This document shows, in pieces, positions 48,401 to 59,700 of a DNA stretch of 64,000 nt; positions within the stretch are counted from its first letter, which is position 1, and each line of letters opens with the position of its first letter. Under the pieces are notes generated by a model. That model worked only from the letters and a program-made list of their open reading frames with translations, searched no databases and was not told where the DNA came from. The translations under genes were made by a program, and so were the position numbers. The DNA comes from Azolla caroliniana (taxonomy: Eukaryota; Plantae; Polypodiophyta): positions 11,160,001 through 11,224,000 of the forward strand of contig JBHGNT010000017.1 in NCBI GenBank assembly GCA_043228905.1, read 5' to 3'.

Positions 48401-51400
48401 TGTAATTAATTTAGCTTAAATGCTTACTTGATTTAATGGTTTTTTCATTTATTTGACTTAAATGGTTTGGTTCAAATTTGTGATTAAATAGTTCCGGTTT
48501 GGTTTCAACTTTCCCCTAAACGGTTTGCTTTACCATTTCCGTAAATGGTTTGGTTTGGTTTTGATTTCTTTAAATGGTTGGGTGTGGCAAAAAAAACCAA
48601 ACTGAACTAGGTCCATAGCTAATTAATCTATAGGAATCAGTTGCATATTTGAAATGATCCATTTTACATTCCAGACAAATGTGTGGACATTTATGTCTGA
48701 AACTTAGATAACGTTTTCCGCTGTTTGCTTAATATTTTCCGGTACGTGTGCAGTTTTTCAGATCCTAATAATAGAAGGGCTTGTGCAGCCTTGGAGTGGA
48801 ATCCAGAAGGAGCAACACAGCTCATAGTTGCTTCAGCTGATGACAGATTCCCATCTCTTCAGGTTCTTTTTCTTGCAAATGTCTGTAGACATATGTTCAC
48901 TGGTGTTCAAATAGAACATAAATCATAGATGAATTTCAGGTTTGGGATCTACGGAATTCTATATCACCAGTGAAGGAACTTCTCGGACATACAAAAGGTT
49001 TTCTCGCTCTCCATATATTGGTCCCATTTTATGAACATGTACATGGAATGTCTTGTAATGGTGTTAATATGAGTGTTGCTATCACCACTCAGGTGTGGTG
49101 ACAATGGCATGGTGCCCAGTAGACAGTGGTCTTCTTCTGTCAAGTGCCAAAGACTATCGAACCCTGTGTTGGGATACAATCTCTGGAGAGGTTATTGACT
49201 GGTCATTCCATTTTTCTGCGCCATTGTATTTTCTTTTATTGTATTTTAAAGGTTATGTTTGCATTCCAGATCATTTGTGAGCTTCCAGCCAGCAGCAATT
49301 GGAATTTCGATGTTCAGTGGTCTCCCCGCATAGCGGGTGTATTATCCACATCATCCTACGATGGTCGGGTGAATTTGTATAATATTGAGGTGAGAAGGTG
49401 ACGGGAAAATGTTTTTATTTATTATGATTGGAGAAACAATCTCTGAGTTTCGCAGCCTTGTTATGGCTTTCCTCCCAGCTCAGGCCTGCAGTAGACTGCT
49501 GCCAAGTGAAGGTCATTTTGGTGGGTCAATAGGTATGAGAACTTTGATAGCTAATGTGTATGATTCTGCTGTTTTTTATAACAGAGTAAAAACTTGAAAT
49601 ATCAGGTACAATGGCATCCATGAGGGCACCAAAGTGGCTGAAGCGTCCTGTTGGCGTGTGCTTTGGTTTTGATGGGAAATTAGCTTCTTTTGGTCCAATG
49701 AATGGTCCTAAATCAGAGGTTTGTCTTGGATGCTCATAAGTTGATGTTGAAGTTTTGCATGGTAATATGCATTTGTTATTAATTGATGTTAGAACTTCAT
49801 AATCTGGGCCCCCAAGAAGAGGGGCTTATTTTTTAAATGCAGAAGATATAGGATTTGGTGGCCATGGTTCATATTTATGTGACTTGTCTCACATGAATGT
49901 ATGATGCATTCTATATAATGTACAATGTGTACTGTTGCATTGCTTACTGCTGTTGGTTTTCCAGCTGAATATTGAAACTCTTGTTACTCAAGAGGAGCTG
50001 ATAAGTAGCTCAAAGGAGTTTGAGGCGGCAATTAAAGATCCTGGAAGCAAATACCCTTTGAGAGATTTATGCCAAAGGAAATCTGAAGAAACTGGGTATG
50101 TCTTCACAAGTAGTAAACCATGTGCCAGATATTTCTTGACTTTTGAGAGGTTCTGTTGATGATTTTAACTTTTAGGTCGGAGGATGAAAAAGAATTGTGG
50201 AACTTTCTGAAAATCATGTTCGAGGAAAATGCCAGGACTGCACTTCTCAATTATTTGGGATTCTCATTGCCCGATGTGAAAGAAAGTAAATTAGAAGAGG
50301 TTTCCAGTGATACTATAGATCTGAATGCACAAATCACAAATAACCTTAACCTTAGCAATGGTACGAGTGAAACCATTGACGAGAATTCAATTAGCCTTAG
50401 GGCTCCAGAAGTTGATGTGCAGCAGACAAACTTTATTGATGATGGTGCTGATTTTTTTAACAATCTCTCTACTCCAAAGGGTGCTCTCTCCCCTAAATCT
50501 GTACCGAGTATTGAGGAAGCATGTATCGAGGAAACCATAGTTCATGAGGAAGAACATGATGGGCCGGATGAGGAAGATGACAATGACAGAGCTATTCATC
50601 ATGCCCTTACCATTGGAGACTTCAAGGATGCCGTGAAACAATGCCTTTTTGCAAACAGGATGGCTGATGCATTAGTTCTTGCTCATGTTGGTGGTTCTGA
50701 ACTCTGGGATGAGACGTTGACTGAGTATTTAAGAAAACATCGCCGTCCTTATCGAAAGGTATAGTCATCAGTCAGGTCATTTGTGCTGTTATTCAGTATA
50801 AATGCCTGATTTCTTATAGTTTTTATATAGCATAATTCATATTTATACCTATTTGGCATTTTGAGCTCCTGAGCTTGAGTAGAGAACTTTAGGACTGCTT
50901 TTTGAAGCTGTAAGATGGTGTTTTCTTGAAGAACAGCATTTATTCCATATTCATTGATGGTTTCTTCAGTTTTAGATTTTAGAACACTATGACTTCGGTT
51001 TATCTGCATAATTATTTTGCAACTCCTTACAGTGTATACAGAACCTGACTACATCTTGCATATGCATGATTGGTCTATGAAAAATTGTGTGCTTTCTGGC
51101 TGCATATTCAAATGCTGACATATATGATTTAAGGAAGACATTTATTTGTTTATTGTTGCACTTTAGGTGTTGGCAGCAGTTGTTACCCATGACATTGGAA
51201 ATCTCATCAATACCAGGCCATTGAACGATTGGAAAGGGACACTGGCGTTACTTTGTTCGGTAATTTATACTTGTCATCAAGCATGCTGTTGATATGTTGA
51301 AGGGTTACTGATACAAATTGTGGTCATTTGGCAGTATGCAGGCTCTGAAGATTGGACAATACTTTGTGACTCATTAGCAGCCAGGCTAGATGCTGCAGGC

Positions 51401-54400
51401 CACACACAGGCTGCTCTCCTTTGTTACATATGTGCAGCTAATTTAGATGAATTGGCTCGATTATGGTATAGGGAAGTTTTATTGAAATGCAACAGTGCTT
51501 TATTTGTCAAGGAGTTGCAGGTATTTCTTCCCCCTCCCCTTCTTGATAGAATGTATTGCAGAAATTGAACGGATCATGGATAGCTCCATCCACATTGGTT
51601 GTTGCACATCCCCAGGAATTAATGGAGAAAGTAGTTGTGTTGGCTCTTGCAAAAGGCGAAAAGCGTGTGACCCCATCATTGGCCAGATTAGTGAAGAGTT
51701 ATGCTGAACTGTTAGTAAGCCAAGGGCAATATACGGCTGCTATGGACTATCTTGATCTGGTACCTTTAGAAGAATCACCCGAAGAACTCATAATGTTGAG
51801 GGAACACATTTCAAGGAGCAAAGAAGGTAACCCTGGAAAATTTTCATATGGTTCACTATATTATACAAAGATCTAGGGTCAGGTTTTACATAATGTCATA
51901 AATTTTTAACATTATTTCCTGCGTGTTTCTGTTCTTACCCTCTGTGACAAGCTAAGAATACTTTTTGTTGTTTAAATACTTTCACAGGAGAGCTGAAGGC
52001 AAATGTATCAACTCGTTTGAGCAACTCCGTTACTCCATCAGTTGATGCAGTTTCTAGTCATGTAGCTGATTTCCAAGCTCCTCTAGTATGTGTGTTTACA
52101 TAATTATCTCATGTGCGTTTCTTTGATTAGAGAGAATGTACAACAGTAATGTTTGTTCTATTCTTGGCTTTTGTGTGGTGCAACAAGCATTTGCTGTATT
52201 TGCATTGCAGAATTTAGTGTAAGCATGGTTTTATATAGAGGAAATTGGAAAATCAGGATTGCTAGATTAAGAATTACTGAACAATTCTGTATCTCTTGAC
52301 CCTAATACTTCAAAAATACAAAGAATTTCCATTTCCTGGGATGGCTTTAAATGACATCTAAATATGTATGCTATCTTCTTTTGTCACATCCATTTGCTTC
52401 AATTCCCAAATTATACAAAAGTATCATGTCAATGGATATCTGAAGAAATTGTCCAAACTTACTAGACTCTAGAAATGTCCATAATCCAGACTATCATGAC
52501 AACCAAGTACAGACCATTTGTCTTTTATTCTCATTATAAATTTTTTTTCTCCATCTTTCTGTAGGTATAAACTAATTGGGCCCTGGTCCTCTCTGACTCA
52601 TTAGAAAATGAGTCAGTCATGTTGGATGCTCAAGATGAGTAAAGTTAGGTTGTTATGCCACAATCTTCCCGACTTGTAAAATGTGCTTTTAGTTCAGCAA
52701 CAAGGGCAAGTTTCCATTCCATATTTAGATCAAGTCTGAATAAGTCGACTTAACTCCCCAAGAAAAGATGATGGTACTTGAGGGATGAACAGAGGGCTCT
52801 ATCCAGCAGCATGAAGTTTCTGCTTCTGCTTGCTAATGCTGCTATCATGACGATACTACAACCATCCAATGTATAATCATGAACTGGTTTTGCCCTGCAC
52901 TAACTTTATTCCTAGCTTTCACACATGGGAGCTAACCCCTTAGCGATTGTCTACATCTATGGCTGTAATGTTTTGACTACATAGTTCTTACATGAAATAT
53001 TTTCCGTCCTAAGAAACAAAATTTGGAAATCTTTTATGAGCTATGATCTTATCTTCCTATGTCGCATTCAATTCGTCAGGATCTTCCCACTTGATCAAGA
53101 ATTTACGACAAACATTATCCATATTCCTTTCTCATACAAACCTAAAAGATGTTCTGTTTCTCATTGGATTGATTTTCTTGACAAACTAGAGATTTGGGTG
53201 AACACCTGTGTGGTGTTAGTATAGTAAACTGAGAATGAAATCTATTGAAATGCTTTCCATCTTGGCATTGGGACTTTGCAATGGTTGTAAAACCTGATGA
53301 TCTTGAGGTGTTCTACTTTCTGATTGATAAATGGGAGAGCTGAGTACATTATATAAACATCCTCGTACTTCTGTGGACAATAACTGTTAAGCAAAAGGCA
53401 CTCAGATTTTGGGAACATTGCCATGTCTATAGAAGTATCATGTCATGGCATGTTAAGAGGCGTGGCACCTGTTAACCCTATTCCAACATAATGTGGACAC
53501 CAATTGGTATTTTCCATAGTCCACATCCTACATTTCATGCATAATCATAGTTTGGATCTAATTATGATTTCTATATCTATGCTTTTTTGTATTCTTCGGG
53601 AGGTAAACTTAATCCCAAGTGTAGATCTATGCCCTGTTCTGTTTAATAGTAACTATGAAAGTCTCTGAAGATGTCAAAGAAGCCTACGAGACCCCAAAAA
53701 TTACAATCATGATCTCTCATTCAAAGCTTTGACAGGGGAGATTGGAATTGCAAAGTGCTATAATAAGCAAATGAAAAAACTCCTGTATTAATAATCTAGA
53801 TCATCAAAAGAGTCATGTGGTGATACATACTGCATCATTCATCATTCTGTGGTGGTTATGTTACTGCGTTTGTTGCCATGTGACCTGAACTGCTGTGTTT
53901 CAGCATACCAAATGAATATCTCCATGTTCATTGTTTTGATAACATTATACTCTAACCTTTTCTAGCTATATTGGAATGGGGTTACTGCATTTGTTGCCAT
54001 ATGACTTGAACTGCTGTGTTTCAGCATATCAGCAATGAATATCTCCATGTTCATTGTTTTGATAACATTAATGCCAACGTTGAAGGAAGTGTGTTGCATC
54101 CCATCTACCAAACCATGTTTCTATATCTTGCATCCAACTGGAACACAAAATTTGGCTTTTATGAGTCTTTTGCATCTTTTTGCTTGCTTCCCATATGATT
54201 CTAGAAAGTCAATGTGAGGGACTTTTTTGAATCTTAAGCATGTATTCAATAACCTTTTCCATGGCCATGATCTCAATGGGAAGTGATCCCTTCTCAAGGA
54301 GGAGGGTGTATGGCATTTGTTTTTGAAACTTTGTAAGAAATGTTTTTGGACATTTTCAAATACTTTCCAAGTAGATTTAGGGATGCTACCACCCCATACT

Positions 54401-55123
54401 TCCACCCCATAGAGAAGTACCAATGTCACCAAAGTGTCGAAAAGATATTTCTCGAGGACCCAACACTTATTATCTCCATGATTGTATGTGTTCTCAAATG
54501 CATAATATGCTCTCTTTCTGCCTCTAAATGACGTGTCGCACATTCATTCCATCTATGATTTTGAAGGAACTTCAAGGCCAAGATATTTGAAGCTTTCCAC
54601 ACATTCACGTGGCTCATTATTGTACATAATGCATGGTTTATTAAAGAGAGAAAGAAAGAAAGATATATTAACGTCTTTTAAGAGGCCAAAATGGCCTATA
54701 AAACCAAATAAGAGAGTACATCTTAAGTGTTGTCTTGTCTTTGAGAACAAAGCAGAATAAAATAAATATTACACAGTAAATATAAAAGTAAATATAAAAG
54801 AAAAGAAACGAGGGAATCTAGTTTTTGGCACATGTGAGATTCTCAAGTTTGGTATATTGTAGCTTTTGTCTTCGAAAGATCTCTAGCATAGGTCGATCTC
54901 TAGCTTTGAGAGAGAGAGAGAGAGAAAGAAAGAACGATATATTAACGTCTTTTAGGCCAAAATGGCCTATAAGACCAAACAAGAGATTGCATCTTAACTG
55001 TTGTCTCGTCTTTGAGAACAAATCAAAATAAAATAGATATTATTCAGTAAATATAAAAGTAAATAAGATGAAAAGAAAAGAAACGAGGGAATTTGGTTTT
55101 TAGCACATGTGAGATTCTCAAGT

Positions 55124-55169
<46 letters not shown>

Positions 55170-56580
55170 TGATGGGGTATACGCAGCCAACTTATCCTGC
55201 TCCCACACAAGACCTAGCATATGGTGCTAGGCAAGAGACTCCATATATGTCACAGCCTCGAGTATTCTACCCCACTCAACCGGCTGTTCCAGATTGGTCT
55301 CAGGTAATTACTGGTCCTAAAATGTGGTCAATAATATGTGACTCTGTAAGAATAAAAAACTGGATAGGGGAATCAACATCATGTATTGTGCAGCCACCTC
55401 CAATGGCACATCAGGTTCCGTATGCTCCTCAAGCAGTGACATCTTTTAATCCTGTTGATACTCCTGTAGTACCTCCTCCAGTACCTCCAAATCAATTCTT
55501 CACTTCAGGTCCATCTATGCCACCTCCTGTCCAATATCCCACCAGTGGCAATGGATCTGTAGCTACTGATCAATATGTAAGCTAATGGCCCTTTTTATTT
55601 TGATATAAAAACAGGGCTTTTATATTAACTGTATAAATAATCCAACAGAATTGCCAGGTGGCTTATGCCTGAGAATAAGAACCTCTGATATTCAAAGTGG
55701 CATTAAATCTCAGTATTTCTTTGTTAAGTTTCCATGATTCTATTTCTCTTGGACTGCAGGCTAGGGAATGGGCAAACCCAAGTTATGGTGTTTCCAGGAC
55801 TTTTCAACCAACACCTGGTCCTAGCCAGGCAACCACAAACATGATGTTTCCAGGACAGCCGAGTCATGAAGTTTCAGCTGCGCCGACACCTCGTGGTTTC
55901 ATGCCTGTTTCTGCTCCTAGAGCCCCTTTGGCTCAACTGCAACCTGGTATGCTAACTCCTCCCATGCAACCACAAAGCCCTCGGAGTTCAAGTTCACCTA
56001 CAGCGCCAGCAGTCACACCTATGCCTGCAGTGCCTGTAACTATTCAAACAGTCGACACATCAGAGGTGCCAGGTATATAAATTTGAGTATCTAATTTGTC
56101 TCTTTCTGAAAGCGCCAAGATTTTTAAAAATGCTATGGGATTATTTGGGGTATTTTTCTGGTTTTCCAGATGATTTGAAGCTTGTAATTGCAACGCTTTC
56201 AAGACTTTACAGTGAGACTACAGAGGCGCTTGGTGGTGCTCGGGCAAATCCTCTAAAGAAACGAGAAATAGATGATAATTCCCGGAAGCTGGGTGGTTTG
56301 TTTGCAAGGTTAAATAAGGCAGATATATCACCTAATGCAAGAGGAAAGCTGATACAAATTTGCCAATCTCTTGATGCCGGTGACTATGCCAGTGCCATGC
56401 AACTCCAGGTCCCTCCCATTTTTCTTTAGCTTTAGGGTAAAAATGCAATGTTTCATTTCTAAAGTGGACATTGACTTTGTTTTCTTTCAGATGAGCTTGA
56501 CAACTAGTGATTGGGATGAGTGTGGTTCTTGGCTTGGACCTCTTAAGAGGATGATCAAGACGAGACAAGCTTTAGGATAA
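45419..56580 (+). CDS. SEC31: Protein transport protein SEC31 (COPII outer coat), 22 exons
   Basis: Exons 45419-45741, 45916-45970, 46570-46692, 46769-46856, 46957-46993, 48754-48862, 48940-48997, 49093-49190, 49270-49389, 49484-49532, 49606-49718, 49965-50095, 50176-50758, 51167-51259, 51335-51520, 51616-51826, 51988-52085, 55169-55303, 55394-55576, 55760-56072, 56170-56408, 56491-56580. All GT-AG and in frame. WD40 N-terminus ([31 protein letters not shown]), [17 protein letters not shown], Pro-rich region, [13 protein letters not shown]-terminus. Confidence 0.95.
47449..47569. repeat. 60-bp tandem duplication in SEC31 intron 5
   Basis: TTCCAGCATTTT..AGGCTA.GGTCAACTGTTACTTATGC..ATGTTATCTCATCTCTGT occurs twice. 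Confidence 0.9.
48147..48621. mobile_element. hAT-type MITE in SEC31 intron 5
   Basis: TIRs TATCTATGGACC / GGTCCATAGCTA. Perfect 8-bp TSD ATTAATCT. GGTTT/AAACC-rich interior. Confidence 0.88.
54095..54640 (-). mobile_element. Antisense fragment of the same LINE family in SEC31 intron 17
   Basis: [24 protein letters not shown] and [10 protein letters not shown] match 42930-43500. Confidence 0.9.
54644..55166. repeat. Two ~200-bp direct repeats, each associated with (GA)n tracts
   Basis: AGAAAGAAAGAA..ATATTAACGTCTTTT...GCACATGTGAGATTCTCAAGTT at ~54645-54850 and ~54922-55124. Confidence 0.85.
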
Positions 56581-57621
56581 TATTTATTCTTGGCTAGGGA
56601 AGAGGATGGAAAAAATAAAAGCAGGCATGAAAATACATAATTTTGACTATGCTTTGGGTTGCTACTGTTGCTGCTGTGGAGTGCATTAGTTTCAGAGAAC
56701 TTACTCCTGATAATTTTAATACCTTCTGCTCTTTAGTTATCTGTAGTGTATATCCAGGAGGTTTTGAGAATAGCAAATTTTATATGTATAACAACCACCT
56801 TGTGCAATTGGTCATGGCAGTTTTTGTAAATTTATTTTCTTCAATGTAGTCCTAAGAATAAAAATATTTCTTGTGTTTGATTAAATCTGGAATGTGTGAT
56901 AATTTATGCCCACTTCTGACTGATCTTTATCCAGGGAGTTGACCAATCTCTCTTAGATGAAAGGAAATGCAAATGATATTGAATTGAGCAAGAATATTTT
57001 ATATTTATCTCAGAGAAAGTGGCTCGAATGCCTCCATAGGAGATAAACTTCTTATGGTTTTGTAATCATGATGCATTGTAGCCACTTCTGAAGGCACCAT
57101 AAATAAGCATAGATGTTTGTGCAAAGTTCATTAAGAAATTTGAGATTTGGTGCTCATTGAAACTGTACCATGTTCCGCCAATCTTTTCAATTTTGTAGAT
57201 TTAGAAGCAACTTGTGTGAATGGTATTGAACAGACTAGAAATGGGCCAGTTGTCAAATGTTGTGTTCTATTTGAATTGCCCACCCAAAACCTTCATGCTT
57301 GGAGCTGGAATTTAAAACTTACACAACCAATGACTGGTAATGACATAGTTAATAGTTAATGTTCTTCATTCCAGCTACTTCATCAATCACTTATCAATCC
57401 TCATAGTGTCAGGAGTAAGAGATTATCTAGAGTCAGGATTCAATCCCACACAATAGGTAATAATGTTCAGCTTTTGGTTTCACTGATCATATTTGACCAC
57501 CTATGATGGTAATTTCTCTTTGGAAAATGAGTTTATCAAGACTAATGACTCAATTCTACTTATACTATGTAATAATGTTCAGCTCCTGGTTCCTTAGTCA
57601 TATTTGTCATCGGATGATAAT

Positions 57622-58055
57622 TAGCAATTGGCTTAACGGTTTAAACGGTTTGGTTTTGTTCACTTCGGTTTAGGAGGTCAATGATTCAGTTCAGTTTGAA
57701 ACCGTGGTGTAGATGGTTTAAATGGTGATTGTTAAAATAATAGGGTTCTTAAAATATTTCTTTTGAACAACCTTGTCATGTTTCAGCCTAATTCTTACAT
57801 TTTAGGAAAAATCTTTAAAGTTTTGACAATTTTGGAAAAATTTAAAATTGAATATTGAAATTTTGCCTAACTTCTAAACCGAAATTGAACCATGAAATTG
57901 CAGTCTTAATGTTTGGATTTTTTGTAACGGTTCAGTTTAAATGGTTTTGTGGTTCAGTTTGGTTTAGTTTAAGTTTCAAAATTTTTAAGATGGTTTGGTT
58001 TTAAACTGTTTGAGTTTGACACTCTTGAACTGAACTGAACCGTTGCCAATCGTTA
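57622..58055. mobile_element. Degenerate hAT-type MITE
   Basis: Imperfect TIRs TAGCAATTGGC / GCCAATCGTTA. TSD ATGATAAT / ATGACAAA (6/8). GGTTT-rich. An uninterrupted paralogue of the flank lies at ~57460-57530. Confidence 0.65.
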
Positions 58056-58534
58056 ATGACAAATCTCTCTTTGAAAAATATGGACAATCATGTGTCATAC
58101 TACGTATGTTGTACTTAGTCGCAAAACTATATTCTTCGTAGAATGAGAAAGCACATATTAATACATGTTAGAGATCATATTATTGTTTGTCGTTCGAACC
58201 ATTGTTTCTATGTGTTTTCGTTTACACAAAATTTGATGTAAGATGAGATGTTAAGGCACATGTAGTGAAGACTAGTTGGTTGCACATTTTTTCCAAAACG
58301 AGTTTGGAAGTTTTGAGTGTGACACTTTGATGCTTTGCCTTCAATCATATATGTTTTCCTCACATCTTTGACCAATTCCAATTCTTTCAAAAACTTCTCA
58401 TAGTCACACCATGTGTGCTGTCAATTGCAACATTTCATTAATTCATTAGTAATGTTCTTGAAGTTTGAGTCTTTACCTTTTACATGTTATAGTTTTGGTC
58501 TCATGATCATACTTGACCTTGGAATCATATAATA

Positions 58535-58575
<41 letters not shown>

Positions 58576-58579
58576 AAAT

Positions 58580-59700
58580 CAAATGTTTGTGGAAAAGGTT
58601 GGTATATACCATTGGAAAACGAGAATTACCGCTTTGTGGTGGCATGTTGTTAATTGTACCCGGGCATTTAAATGTTCAGAATCTATTATGGTTCAACAAT
58701 TGGTGCTTTCTTGGCAGCGATGTTTGAATTTGTTTAATTGGAGGCCTCTTGAGTGCAGAAAAGATATAAATTCCTTGGCACCAGGGGTGTTGGCAACTTC
58801 AAGGATATTACACTGGATGGAAAAGAAAGCCTAAATTCCCAGTTCAATCGAATGGCAAGGCTAGGCTTAGTAACTACAGAAAATGATGGCTTTTGGAACA
58901 ATCTGAAATAAGTTTCATATACCACATGGATATGGGTATATTTGGCAATCAATATTGGCATTGCCTAGATTAGTTTTCTTGATTCCAGAGTTGGTGGTCG
59001 AGGACCCATGGAAAGATTGGTCATTTGGTATTGGGAAATCGATTTTTGTAGTGCACACTAATGATGTGTACCATAAGTTGGTTGAAGATAGAAATTGGTT
59101 AGCAAATAAGGTTTTGGATACATGGTACATTACTCGATATGTAAAGTGGTGGCTTAGAGTTTTAGATGTAGGTTGGTAGTCTCATCTTCCATTTCGTGCG
59201 AATATGTTTCTTTGGCGTGCCATAGTTGGTGGGTTGCCTTTGGCCATGGCCTTAAAACGAAGACATATTTTGAATGGGACATGTTTTTTCTGTACGGTGG
59301 TTGAAGAAGACGCTACACATAGGTTCATTACATGTCTGGTTGCTAAAGCCATTTGGGTGATTATATCACAAATTTGGGCATCAATAACAGGAAATATTTT
59401 GTCACCTTATAAGTGGGTTTTTATTGATGAGGATAAAGTTATGCCCACACCATCATATAAGGTTGTGTTTGACTACCTTAGAGATTGGGGGATGTGGTTT
59501 AATTGAACCATGAGAAATGGGTTCTTGTTTGATGGACTTCATGGGGTAACACAACAACTCCGTAGGATGAAAGGGAAGTTGATTTGGCAATTTTCACGAC
59601 TATGTTGTATGGGGGCGTTGTCCCAAGAGGAGATGAACTTATGTCATCTAGTTTTACAACACTTCAGAAGGTTTCCCTTGCACTATCACTATTTATGCAT
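58580..59700 (+). mobile_element. L1-type LINE 3' fragment (zf-RVT region)
   Basis: MFLWRAIVGGLP...CFFC...EDATHRFITC..AKAIW is the zf-RVT signature. Confidence 0.75.

Noticed and set aside
53860-54068. ~85-bp intronic duplication as a possible snoRNA pair
   Set aside because: No convincing C/D or H/ACA boxes; it looks like a simple local duplication beside the LINE fragment.
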